Position numbers and translations under genes: made by a program. The notes beneath the pieces are model-generated. The model was not told the DNA's origin, searched no databases, and worked only from the letters and a program-made list of their open reading frames with translations. From assembly GCA_964016885.1 (NCBI GenBank), contig OZ024745.1, forward strand, positions 54,312,001 through 54,376,000: DNA of 64,000 bases. The letters are read 5' to 3'. This document shows positions 25,973-38,967 of this stretch, piece after piece; position 1 is the first letter of the stretch, and each line of letters begins with the position of its first letter. This stretch comes from Eledone cirrhosa (taxonomy: Eukaryota).

Positions 25973-27819
25973 TTGAGCAACACTAGAACGCTGGAGAACG
26001 TTAATAGAGAAAAGAGAGAGAAAGAGGCAGATATTAACGTTATATCTGCTTCTGCTGCTATGGACGTTGCCATAGATACTGTCACAAAAGAAAAAAATAT
26101 ATCAACATTTGAAAATGTTACAATTTCTACCGTCGAAGCGGAGAAAAATGACAATAACAGACAGGAAAACACAGCAAAAAAACCCATTGACATACATACA
26201 CATGAAAAAGACATCAACAACTCTACAGATACATCTACACATAAAATTTCCAACAACGATAACATCATTATCAACAACACCACCACACAAAAAAAGAAAA
26301 TGTCTTTCGCTGACACAGTGAACAAGAAACAAGATTTTATAAATCTTGATATCTCCAACGCAAGAGATATGCTCCAGCAAGGGAGAACATTTGTAACTTT
26401 CGAAGAAAGAGGTGGGTTTAGAATTAACTCACCCCTTGAATTAAAGGAAGACACAAACCGCCGATCAGTCACTTTTAGGACTGTGTCAAATTCGTCAAGA
26501 AAACCGACATTTGTTAATCAAGCAGATATAGAAGATTCTTTCAAGGAGATTCTAGGAAATGTCGATTTTCTCCAGCGAGGAAAACAGTACGGAAGTGTTT
26601 CCGTACTGTTTAAAAGCGAGGCACTCGCCCCAAAAAACTCTGTGACACCAATAGTGTCAAAAGTATACACCTTTTTCCCTACATACATGGGGAAAAGGAC
26701 ACAAAAAATAAAAATAAAAAACATACCTCCAAGCATTAACATCTGGTGGATCTTGGCTGGCTTCGTAGAGCCAGAAACAGACATAATACTTTCGATACGA
26801 AAATCCATTCGACAAAGGTGGGCGGGCACCGATTTGGAGATTCTGTTGCAAATGAAACCGGAGAGAATCTCCAAAATACCCGAAAGAGTCGTTATTGATA
26901 ATAACAACAAAATAAACATTTCGGTAGAAGGACGAACATTTCACTGCTTTCGCTGTGGTAGCACATCTCACCTAAAAGCCTCTTGTCCACAAACACACAA
27001 CAACAACATCATAAAAAAACGCTATTACCAACACCAACACCAAAACAACAACCACCACCACCACAAGTACAACGACAGACGAAACGAGCAACCACACCAA
27101 AACAAACAGACACTCAACCAACAACAACAGAAAAAACAGAGACAACACCCCTGAAGAACACATCCCCACTCCATCCCACTCCATCAAACACTACCACAGA
27201 CACACATACCGAAACACCACCACCACCACACAACATACCCTTACCCCACACACCTGACGATGATTATTCATCGACGGATGAAGCTGCTTCTCCTTCTTTA
27301 AGTGAAGAAGAGGGAGAACCGCGGAAATCCAAAAAACAAAAAAAGAGACACCACAAAACCCCCAAAACTCCAATCACCAACACCAACACACAACCACAGA
27401 CACAAACAACAACACAAACAAAACCACAGTCAAACATCCCCCTATCAGCAAAACCAGCACCAACACCACCCCAAACACAAGCACCCACCATAAAAAGAAA
27501 ACTCCCGGATGAACAACAAACTAAAACAATACAACAAAAACACAAACAACAATACGCATACATCAACACAAACAACAAGAGTTTGATGGAGGTCATCTCC
27601 CAAAACCCCAAGGTGGAGACGGGGGGCAAAACTTTCGTCAAGGCAGAATCGTCTCCACACCTTAAACTTATAAGGGTTTCTATGGAAACCTATAAAGACC
27701 TGAAAATTAAGTTTTCACAGGACGTGGGCAACCCCTGCCACAAACCCATCAACCGCGTCCTGTTGAAAGGTTTCCCCACCCCACCCAACACCCCCATCCA
27801 GCACCCAAATGGAGATTGA
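25973..27819 (+). pseudogene. Tx1 ORF1 (gag-like), frameshifted near 26990-27020
   Basis: Zinc knuckle CFRCGSTSHLKASC. The continuation KKTLLPTPTP...KPINRVLLKGFP is in another frame and matches copy 4 (CPQLNKKKTLLPTPAP; KPIKRVLLKSFP). Confidence 0.82.
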
Positions 27820-27890
27820 ACAACCCGATCTCCAGGAACGAAAAGGTAAGTGCACCTTTCGTCCTTTTTCTCCAACTTTTCTTCACCAAC

Positions 27891-30800
27891 ATGGCTGGTT
27901 TACGAGTTGGAACCGTGAATGTGCGTGGCCTAGGGATGCCCTGGAAACAGGGCCAACTTTTAAACGACCTTAGGTCACACAGTATGGATGTGATAGCCAT
28001 CACCGAGTCCAGAATCCACAACAGGCAGCAACTAACCCCCATCTTCGACGACTTTGAGATCTACGCATCTCTCTGTCAGCCAGGAGGTGGAGGTGGAGTG
28101 GCTGTTATGTTTCGGAAGAACCTGGACGTCGGAGTACAGCAAGTACACTTGGACCCGGAGGGTAGACTGGTAGTCCTAGACGTGAACAGTATCGGAGGTG
28201 GAGCCTTCAGACTGGTGGCCGTTTATGCCCCGACCGGGCAATCGCAATCACGGCCAGACTTCTTTAAGCGTCTAGAGTCTTTTCTGGGAACGTCTCGCTC
28301 CTTACTTTTAGTGGGGGACTGGAATGGTATCCTAGATGCACGATGGGACTATGTGGGAGCATGTCCCAGTAGAGCGGGGTGCAACAGCCTCAAAACTTTA
28401 ATCGGCCAATTCCAACTGGCCGATAGGTATCGACTGGATTTCCCGACTGCACCACAGTGGACGTGGGTAAACCGCAGTGGGACATCTAGATCGTATTTAG
28501 ATAGGTTCTTCATTAGAGAAAGGGACAGGGATATGTTAAGCTGTCCACGAATGCACATGGTTGCCTATTCAGATCACAAGTTAGTCGTCTGCTTAGTCAA
28601 CCGTGATAGAATACATAGACAGGGTCCCGGATACTGGAAGCTGAACGTGTCGTTGCCGGCACGTAAAGCTTACAGTGAACGGATAAGTAGACTAGTCAAG
28701 CAACAGTTAACGGGAGCCATCGTCAACAATAGATGGTGGTACTCTCTCAAGAAAGCAATTAGAATAGAATCGATAGGGTATAGCAGAGAGTTAGCCTTAG
28801 AGAAAAACAGAATAGAAAGAGAACTAGTAGCCAAGGTAGAGGAGGCATTTAGAAGTGGTAACGCGGCTAGAGTGTTAGCGTCGAGAACGGCACTGGACCA
28901 GTTCTTCGATGCGAAACACGAAGGCTGCGTGGTCAGAAGCAAAACACGTGCTCTAGGAAACGAAGGAGCGAAAGCTGTCAGCTGGGCCCGAGTGGCGGAG
29001 GCAAAAAGTGGCAACAAGTCCACGATTCGGTCTTTGAAAGACCAAAACGGACGCGTGCTACTTGACCCCAAGCAAATGTGCGCGGCCTTTCAGCGGCACT
29101 TTGCGCGACTGTTTGAGCAGAACGACGGTGAGCCGAACGGGGCAATGGACTTTAATTCATACTATCGACGGCCTGCCGCGTCTCTCGAACACGGACGCCG
29201 AGTTCTGCGAAAGACCGATCACGGACACTGAGATACGGGACGCTCTGGGCCGCTGCGGGAAACGCAAGTCACCCGGTCTAGATGGTCTACCCTACGAATT
29301 TTACATAGGCATGCCGGACTTGTTCTCTAGGGTCCTCGAAGCCGTCTACTGCAATTGGCAGCAGAACGGGAGAATTCCCAGTTCTGCAGGCAAGGGCGTA
29401 GTAACGCTGATCAGGAAAGACGAGAACAAGGGGGACGAAATTAACAACTTCAGGCCCATAACTCTGCTCAACACAGAGTTAAAGATTTTGGCCAAGGTGC
29501 TAGCGACCAGGTTGGCGCTTGTCGTCGAGAACCTGGTCGGGATAGCGCAAACGTGTGCAATCCCGACCAGGTCCATACACGACAACCTCCACCTCATGCG
29601 ATACATCATAGAGAGGGTGGGTAGTAAACCCGGCTTCAGTGGGGCTCTGATCAACTTGGATCAGTCTAAGGTATTCGATAGGGTCGACCATCGATACTTG
29701 GAAGCGGTTCTCAAGGCGGCCGGTTTCGGTCCCGTGTTCAGAGGATGGATCGAGGCGATGCACACCAGCATCTGCTCGAGGGTCAAGGTGAACGGCTACC
29801 TATCGGAGCCGTTCGCAATCACGCGTTCCATTCGACAGGGATGCCCTCTCTCCTCCATTCTGTATGTATTGACTCTAGAGCCACTACTGCGGAAATTGGA
29901 GCTGTTGCAGGGCATCCCTCTAGAACCGGGACTGCGCAAAGCGGCGTCGGTTTATGCCGACGACGTGACAGTAATGGTGTCGAGCACCTCGGAAATCGGG
30001 GTGATCGGCAACATACTGAAAGAATACGAAACGCTGACGGGAGCAAAACTAAACCCAGACAAGTCTGTCGGTTTGCAACTCGGTACGTGGAGAGGCAAAC
30101 CGATGACATCCGACAGCGTCGTTGGACGCTGGACGGACGGACCGGTGAAATTGCTCGGGGTCTGGTTCGGTCCAGACCTCCAGGTGGAGAAAAACTGGAA
30201 CGAGGTCACGGCCAAGGTGTTTGCACTCACTCAGAAGTGGGCAGAGTGCAAACTGTCCTTGAAAGGTTGAGCGGAGGTGGCGAACACTTTCATAGCGTCC
30301 GTCATCTACTACCGCTTGACTGTCGTGCCTTGTCCCCGTGAACACCTCGCCAAGATGGAACGCATGCTCTTCCAGTTTCTATGGAAGAAGCAGGCTCCGC
30401 TGGTGAGGAGATCCGTCTGCTGTCAGCACCTTTCCAACGGAGGGCTGGGAATGCCGTGGCTGATGATGCGCAAACATGCGCTGAGGCTGCGGCATCTCCA
30501 GGTATTCCTCACCGACGCCCAACCGGTGTGGGCACGGTTTGTGAGACAGGCTTTCCCACAGCTCGTCTCGCTAACGGAGCTGCAGTCCTGGGTGAAGAAA
30601 AGACCGAAAACGATGGGCGCCTGGCACATTGAATGCGCTCAGGCGCTCACAGTCCTCTGGCAAGCGGGCGCAGCAATCAGTGGAGACTCCACTTCGACAT
30701 TCTATAGAGGGATTGTACGTTACAAGGGCGACGACGTGCTCGGAGAGACTCTGGGCGTCGAATACGATGAGCTCACCAGTCTGTTTGGTAGGACTTTCCG

Positions 30801-31338
30801 CCCGGGACCTATGGACAACTTCCAGAGATCCCTGGCCTGGCAGTGCTACCGAGGAGCTCTACCGATTCGTGACAAGATCTACAGGCACGGACGCCCTGGC
30901 AGGGATCCTTCCAAGAGGACGTGTCCAAGATGTGCGCAGGACATTGAAACAGTTCTGCACGCAATTGTACACTGCCCAGGCGTAAGCGACCTGTGGAACT
31001 ATGCAGAACAACTGCTGTCGCGTATGGGACAAATACAGTTGACTGCCGAGTCCATAGTAAGGATCAAACCGCCAGACTCTTTCAAAAACGAAAGAGAGGC
31101 GGTTTTCCTCTGTACGGTGGCAATGGTGAAAGAAGTTATATGGTGGACGAGGTTGAGAGGACTGAGGACAGATGCCTTTCTCTCCGGACAACAATTGATT
31201 CCCTTCTTTAAGTATCACTTTAGAAGGAGAATCAGGGTGGAGAGAGAGGCACTGCACCCCAGTAAATTTACTGAAAGGTGGGTGAATGAAGCGAAAATGG
31301 CCCGAGTGATTGGGCCTTCTCTGTTTATAAGCCTGTAG
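27891..31338 (+). pseudogene. Tx1 ORF2 (APE + RT + zf-RVT); frameshift ~29160, premature TGA at 30268-30270
   Basis: TVNVRGL, VYAP, GDWN, YLDRF, SDHK, GPGYWKLN, KSPGLDGLPYEFY, FRPITLLN, RQGCPLS, YADD, GGLGMP, CPRC...ETVLHAIVHC. Copy 4 reads KGRAEVAN at the stop position. Confidence 0.9.
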
Positions 31339-31572
31339 GTTGAGGAAGAGAGCAAAAGGAAGAAAGGAGCACTTGCACAACACGCTCCTCGAGTTGAGGT
31401 TTGTTCTATCGACGGGGTATTAAACAACCCATTTGTGGCGCCTCCCACCTATTGGGGATTTCGATTGTTGAAATTGTTTGTTTTTCATATTTTTTACACG
31501 ACTGTATATAAAATCCCCGGCATGTCTTTGTATTGTCCCCTTTCTTGTTGCGCCCTTGTGGCTAATAAAGAA

Positions 31573-31634
<62 letters not shown>

Positions 31635-31649
31635 ATATCTATCTACCTA

Positions 31650-31870
31650 GGAGAGGAAAGGGGTACAAACTCTTCGTACTCCTGGAGATGAGGGTTGCAC
31701 ATTTTTTCGGGGGTATGTGTTACCCATATGTAATGTCTAGCCCTATTGGGGAAAATCGATTAACTTTTAAATTGTATTTGTGATAGTATTTTACACGTTT
31801 TTATTGTATGTAAACTTCCCCCTTTGTATTTGTCCCCTTCTGTTGTGCCCCTGTGGCTAATAAACAAACA

Positions 31871-31871
<1 letters not shown>
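31650..31871 (+). mobile_element. Tx1 copy 2, 3'UTR only
   Basis: gggttgcacattttttcggggg...ttgtatttgtcccc...gtggctaataaa matches the other 3'UTRs. (TCTA)n on both sides. Confidence 0.85.
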
Positions 31872-31902
<31 letters not shown>

Positions 31903-32968
31903 GTTTGTGAGACGAACCTTTCCCAGACTCGTCTCACTCACCGAGCTGCAATCCTGGGTCAAGCAAAGACCGAGAAAACTGGGCGCCTGGCACACTGAGT
32001 GTGCCCAGGCGCTCACCGCCCTCTGGCAGGCGGATCCGGTTATCAGTGGAGACTCCACCGCAACATTCTATAGAGGGCTGGTACGCAGCAGGTGCGACGA
32101 CGCCCTCGGAGAAGCCCTAGACATGGAGGAGGACGAGCTGGCCAGCCTGTTCGGTAGGACATTCAGCCCGGGACCTATGGACAACTTCCAGAAGTCCCTG
32201 GCCTGGCAGTGCTACCGAGGGGCTTTACCCGTTCGAGAAAGGCTCTACAGACACGGGCGCCCGGGTAGGGACCCCGCCAAAAAGATCTGTCCCAGATGCG
32301 TGTGCGACGAGGAAACCGTTGCACACGCATTGGTACACTGCTCGGGCGTAGCCGATCTGTGGGGCTATGTCGAACAACTGCTGTCAAGGGTGGGACCGAT
32401 CCGGTTGACCACCGAGTCTATTGTAATGATCAAGCCGCCTCCCCCCTTCAAAGATGAAGCAGAGGCGGTGTTTCTGTGCGTAATAGCCATGGCGAAAGAG
32501 GTTGTATGGTGGACGCGTCTGAAAGGACTGAGGTCAGGCACCTTTCTCTCTGGCCAACAACTGGTCCGTTTCTTCCGATATCATTTCGGAAGAAGGATCA
32601 GGATGGAGAGAGAGGTGCTGCACCCCAGCCGTTTCTATGAAAGATGGGTGAAAGTGGCGAGAATGGCCCGTGTGAATGGGCCTTCACTCTACATCAGACT
32701 ATAGGTGAGGAAGATGAAAGACCAAGGGAGCACCCCTTCTCTGTGCTCCTGAGGAGAAGGGTTGCACACTTTTTTCGGGGGTGTGTGCGACCCCCCAAGG
32801 CGCCTCCTCTCTATTGAGGATTTTGTTATAAATTTTATTTTTTGTTATATCTTATTTTATTTTTATATTTTGTTATTGCCTCCTCCTTATTGAGGACGCC
32901 TTTTTGTGTAAACTCCCCCCTTTGTACTTGTCCCACTTTTGATGCCCTAGTGGCAAATAAAAGAAACA
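31903..32968 (+). mobile_element. Tx1 copy 3, 5'-truncated (open ORF2 C-terminus to 32704 plus 3'UTR)
   Basis: FVRRTFPRLVSLTELQSW...CPRC...HALVHC...ARVNGPSLYIRL*. (TCTA)n flanks. Confidence 0.92.
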
Positions 32969-33042
<74 letters not shown>

Positions 33043-33314
33043 CCTATCCACCTATCCACCTACCTATCTATCTATACATACATCAATCTAGATGTCGTCT
33101 GTTCTACAGTGTGGATGTCATTCACTTCGCACAGAAGTTTTGTTCAAATTTATTGAGGAAATTTTGTGAGTTCAAACTTAATTTTGATACAATTGTGTAC
33201 CTTGACCCTTCGTCTGAACTGTCAGGCGGTGGGTCAGCTCATCTTTACCCCTCCTAGAGGTGAAAAACCTGTTTTAAACAATTTTGTGTAAAAAATTTCA
33301 ATCGTCTAACAGAA

Positions 33315-35211
33315 ATGTTAAACGCAGCGAACGAAAATAGTGGTGGGGGGACAGCGGTAAGAGTTGTAAGCTCGCACGCTTTAGTCCCCCCTTCCTTCCC
33401 AACTAACGTCATAGAGAAGGAAGGAAAAATAAAAATAAAAACAGACGAATCTGCGGAGAAAAAAAATGACGAAAACACAAATCTGGACATGGATTCCAAC
33501 AACGAAAAAAAAAAAAAATTTGAAAAATTGCATGACAATACTAATAACACAAACAAAGACACAACAAACACAAAAATAACATTTGAAAATAACACCATAA
33601 CAGAAAGCAAAGCAGACGACAAGATTTCATTTGCACAGAAAACAAAGAAATCTTTGACTTATATAGCGGAAAATATTTCAGATGTGGCACGAAGGATCAC
33701 AGACGCCAAACAATACATAAGTGAAGGAGAGAATGGTATTTTATCGGTAAAAATGCCTCAAGAATTCACCAAAGACATTGAAAGCCGAACGGTCAAGTTT
33801 CGGACCATCAACAACAGTACAAAAAAACCTGAACAGCCTTCTCAAGCAGATATCAAAACAGTACTCACAGAAGTACTTAATGAAACCACTTTCATAAGAA
33901 AAGACAGACTGTATGGAAGCCTAGCAATTATCATGAAGAACGAATCGGCGGCAAAAAAATGTGCTTTGTTACCGATTCGTTCGAAAAATTTCACCTTTTA
34001 TCCATCTTATATGGGGAAAAGAACTCAACGCATATGGCTGGATGCAATGATGCCAGATGTGGACTACTGCTGGCTCATAGCTGGCTTCATCGATCCAGTG
34101 AATGACAACGTGATTTCCATTGGGAAAACCACAGGCAATGCGTTCAGTGGAACAGGTATAGAGCTGGTAGTGCAAATGAAGCCTGAACGCATCGCCCAAA
34201 TACACGACAGAATCCTATTAGAGGACCACGGGTATATAAACATTAGCGTGGAGGGGAGAAGGCCGTCCTGCCATATCTGTGCAGGCAGAGGGCACCTGAA
34301 GGCCGCTTGTCCCCAACTCAACAAAAAGAAAACCCTGCTACCAACACCAGCTCCACCACTACCACCACAACAGATAAACAAACAACAAAACTCAGTCCCA
34401 CCCAACCCGTCCCTCAGTAAAACCACAACACCACCACAACACAAACAGTCACAACACATTACCCCAAAACAAAATACAGGCCCACCCAACCTCTCACTTA
34501 ATAAAACAACACAACCACCGCAGACACAACACACAACACAGTCTAACATAGTGACATCCATCTCCCCCACAAAGAAAACCAACACGGAAACATTACCAGC
34601 AAACATACCTCTTCCCTCCAACACTGAAGATAACCTAACGAATTCGGAGGAAGAAACGGAGTCCTTCAGACAGATTAAAAGGAAAAAAAGAAAACATGTG
34701 CAAAACACACAAGGCCAAACAACCCCCACCCAAATCTCAACACAATCCAACAAAACAGGAAACACCCCTCCAGCAACAAACAAAACCAAACCTGCCCCTC
34801 CCCTCTTCGAAACACTCACACCATCCGAAAAAAGACATTACACTATACTTACATCAACAGAAACAATAATAAATTAAATGAACTCATATACAATAATCCT
34901 TCGGTACAAACCGAAGGTGTAAACTTTGTTTCGTCAGAAAACTACCCACATTTAAAATTAATAAAGATCCCAATGAACCTCTACCAAAAACTAAAAAAGG
35001 ATTTTAAGGAGGACGTAGGACCACCCTCTGTCAAACCCATAAAGCGCGTCCTACTAAAAAGCTTTCCCCCTCCCCTTCCCCTCCCCAACACAACTCCAAA
35101 CACCCCAACCCCACCACACACTGACGACCCCACACCACCACAAGACACCCCGTCACCCAACAACCCCGACCCCATGGAAGTCGTGCAAACCGAACCCCGG
35201 GAAGCGGAAAG
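33315..35211 (+). pseudogene. Tx1 copy 4 ORF1 (frameshift ~34865); its C-terminal part runs in frame into ORF2
   Basis: CHICAGRGHLKAAC knuckle. ORF 34973..36544 joins the ORF1 C-terminus (KPIKRVLLKSFP) to the APE domain with no stop. Confidence 0.8.
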
Positions 35212-35248
35212 GTATGTCTCTACACTCTCCTTTGGCTCTGCCGCCCAC

Positions 35249-38240
35249 ATGGATGTGTTAAGAGTAGGATGTTTGAATGCACGTGGCCTGGGCTCAACTT
35301 GGAAGCAAGCAAAGCTTCTAAATGACCTCAGGTCATGTAGTATAAATGTAATGGTTATCTGTGAGACTCGAATCAGCGTCGTGCGGCAGCTGGCCCCCAC
35401 CTTCGATGACTTTGAGGTGCATGCATCTCTCTGTCAACCTGGAGGTGGGGGTGGGGTTGTCGTACTGCTGCAAAAACACCTGGGTCTTGCCGTACAGGTT
35501 GTGCACTCGGACCCGGAGGGTCGTTTGTTGGTGCTAGACGTTGGCAGTAGTGAAAGTGCGGCCTTGAGACTGGTCGCCGTCTACTCCCCTTTCGGAGCTG
35601 AACGGCCCGACTTCTTCCAGCGTTTGGAGACTTTTCTGGGAACGTCGCGTTCCCTGCTTCTAGCGGGGGATTGGAATGACATCCTGGATGCACGTTGGGA
35701 CTATGCAGGAGCATGTCCTAATAGAGGGGGGTGTAACAGCCTAAAGGGGTTACTCGACCGTTTTAACTTGGTCGATAGATATCGACTAGATTTTCCAACT
35801 GTGCCTACCTGGACTTGGAGAAACCACAGTGGTCAATCTACATCGTACTTAGATAGATTCTTAGTTAGAAGTAAGGATAGGGACATATTAAGCTGTTCAG
35901 AAATGCGCACGGTTGGCTACACGGATCACAAATTAGTGACCTGCGTGGTCAATCTCGAGAAAACACATAGACAGGGTCCCGGTTACTGGAAAGTTAATTT
36001 GTCTTTACCGGCAAAAGAGACTTACAGAAACCGGATTAGCAGATTAGTTAAGGAGAGGTTGACGGGTGCAATCGTCAACAACCGATGGTGGGCATCTCTC
36101 AAAAGAGAGATTAGAACAGAATCAATAAGTTATAGCAAGATGTTAGCTGCCGATAGGAATAGAAACGAGAAAGAATTAACAGGTAAATTAGAAGAGGCAA
36201 TCAAGAGCGTAGATGTGGCCAGAGTGCTGGCATCGAGGACGGCCTTGAACCAGTTTTTCGATGCAAAGCACGAAGGCTGCGTCATTCGAAGTAAAATACG
36301 TGCTCTAGGTTATGAGGGGACCAAAGCCGTTGGATGGGCCCGAGTGACAGAAGCTAAGAGTGGAAATCGATCCACCATCCGGTCGTTGCAAGACGAAGAT
36401 GGACGGGTGATCCGGGAGCCTAAGCAGATGTGCGAGGCCTTTCAAAGGCACTTTGCCCGATTGTTCGGGGGAGGCGAGGGTCCGGACGCGGGCGTGGATT
36501 TCGGGCCATACCTCGACGGCCTGCCGCGTCTCTCGAGCGAATAGGCAGAGTCCTGCGAGGGACCAATCTCGGCTGATGAGATCGGAGATGCGCTGAGCCA
36601 ATGCAGCAGACGCAAATCTCCAGGTCTCGATGGTATACCTTACGAACTTTATTTAGCAATGTCGGTCTTCTTCTCCGAACTCCTCGAAGCGGTCTACTGC
36701 AATTGGCAGCAGAACGGGAGAATTCCTTGTTCTGTAGCCAAGGGCGTAGTCACGCTGGTGAGGAAGGACGAGAACAAGGGGGATAGTATAAATAATTTTC
36801 GGCCCATAACCCTGCTAAACACAGAGTTAAAGATTTTGGCCAAGGTGTTAGCAAAGAGGTTGGCGCTTGTCGTGGATAGCCTGGTGGGAGATGCGCAGAC
36901 ATGTGCTATCCCATCCAGGTCCATTCACGATAACCTCCACCTCATGCGATACATCATAGAGAGGGTTGGCAACAAACCCGGCTTCGGTGGGGCCCTGATC
37001 AACTTGGATCAGTCTAAGGCCTTCGATAGGGTCGACCATGGTTACCTGGATGCGGTGCTAGCGGCGGCTGGGTTCGGTCCTGTTTTCAGAGGCTGGATAA
37101 CTGCCTTACATAGCAACCACATCTGTTCTAGGATCAAGGTGAACGGCTACCTTTCGAAGCCGTTCGAAATCACACGATCCATTCGACAGGGGTGCTCTCT
37201 CTCCTCCCTTCTGTACGTATTGACTCTCGAGCCTTTACTGAGGAAGTTGGAGTTGTTGCAGGGTATCCCCCTGGAACCAGGATTGAGCAAAGCGGTGTCG
37301 GCCTACGCCGATGACGTAACAGTAATGGTATCGACCGACTCGGAAATCGAGGCGATCGGTACCTTACTGGAGGAGTACGAAAGGTTGTCAGGAGCGAAAC
37401 TGAACCGGGAAAAATCCATCGGGCTGCAACTCGGAACGTGGAGAGGCAGACCGATGCCTCCTGACGGTGTCGTCGGACACTGGACGGAGGGCCCGGTAAA
37501 GTTGCTTGGGGTCTGGTTTGGACCGGACCTCCAGGTGGAAAAGAACTGGAACGAGGTTACGAACAAGGTGTTTGCACTAACCCAGAAATGGGCCAAGTGT
37601 AAGCTGTCCCTAAAAGGCCGGGCGGAGGTGGCGAACATTTACATAGCGTCCGTCACTTACTACCGTCTGACTGTCGTGCCTTGCCCTAAGGAAACACTCA
37701 CCACCATGGAACGCATGCTCTTCCAATTTCTTTGGAAGAAGCGCCCTCCTATGGTGAGAAGATCCATCTGCTGCCAACAACCTTCGAAGGAGGGCTGGGG
37801 ATGCCGTGGTTGATGATGCGTAGGCACGCATTAAGGCTACGGCACCTACAGGTATTCCTCACTGGTCAACCGGTGTGGGCTCCGTTCGTGAAACGAGCCT
37901 TTCCGAGACTCGTCTCGCTCACCGAGATTGACCACCGAAATTGACCGCCGAGTCCGTGATGACAATCAAACCGCCTCCCCTCTTCACAAAGGAAGCAAAG
38001 GCGGTTTTTCTGTGCGTAATAGCCATGTTGAAAGAGGTTGTTTGGTGGACACGATTGAAAGGTCTGAGGTCAGGCAACTTCCTCTCTGGCCATAGTCTGG
38101 TCTACTTCTTCCGATATCACTTCGGAAGAAGGATAAGAATGGAGAGAGAGGTGCTTGGCCACAGGCAGTTTTATGAAAGGTGGGTGATAGTGGCGAGAAT
38201 GGCTCGTGTAAATGGGCCTTCTCTGTATACCATCCTGTAG
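35249..38240 (+). pseudogene. Tx1 copy 4 ORF2; stop at 36542-36544, frameshifts ~36600-36660 and ~37785, ~460-bp deletion at ~37930
   Basis: CLNARGL, GDWN, TDHK, FRPITLLN, RQGCSLS, YADD. Jumps from LVSLTE to LTAES, losing zf-RVT. Confidence 0.88.
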
Positions 38241-38644
38241 GTAAAGAAGTAAAGGAGAGGGGAGCACCTTCTCCATGTGCTCCCCGGGCAAAGGATTGCA
38301 CACTTTTTCGGGGGTGTGTGCAACCCCCATCACGTCCCCTCCCTTTTGAGATTATTTTCGATTGTTTTCATGTTACCCCCTTTTTACTCGATTATATGTA
38401 AACTCCCCCTTTGTATTTGTCCCTTCTTTTTATGCCTTTATGGTAAATAAAGAAATCTATCTATACATACATACACACCTACATATATACATATGTATTT
38501 GTATGTATGTATATCTATATGAATGTATGTAGGCATACATATATGTCAGATATAGTGAGCGTGATGTGGGTATTTGGATGTAATTATGCAGACTAAACTT
38601 ATATGCATCAACACACATACACACTCACGTATATACACACTCAC

Positions 38645-38772
<128 letters not shown>

Positions 38773-38967
38773 GCGTAGAAAAGAAAATGAACGAATACAG
38801 ACAGTCCTAAATACGACCCCACACGCTTTTGCATACATAAATGCAGACACAGACGCATACACAAACATACATGTCGTGTGTGTCTGTCTCTGTGTCTGTG
38901 TGTGTTTATGTGTCTGACTGTGTTTGTCTGTCTGTGTGTATTTCTGTGTTTGTTTGTATGTATGTAT

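Larger units (their letters stand above)
25760..31573 (+). mobile_element. Tx1/L1-clade non-LTR retrotransposon copy 1, full length, lightly mutated, in (TCTA)n
   Basis: 5'UTR, ORF1 with CCHC knuckle, ORF2 APE-RT-zf-RVT, 3'UTR ending aataaagaaa. (TCTA)n at 25697-25760 and 31574-31645. Confidence 0.93.
33091..38455 (+). mobile_element. Tx1 copy 4, full-length ends, internal ORF2 deletion
   Basis: ORF1 and ORF2 homologous to copy 1 but diverged (distinct subfamily). Ends aataaagaaa-tctatcta. Confidence 0.92.
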
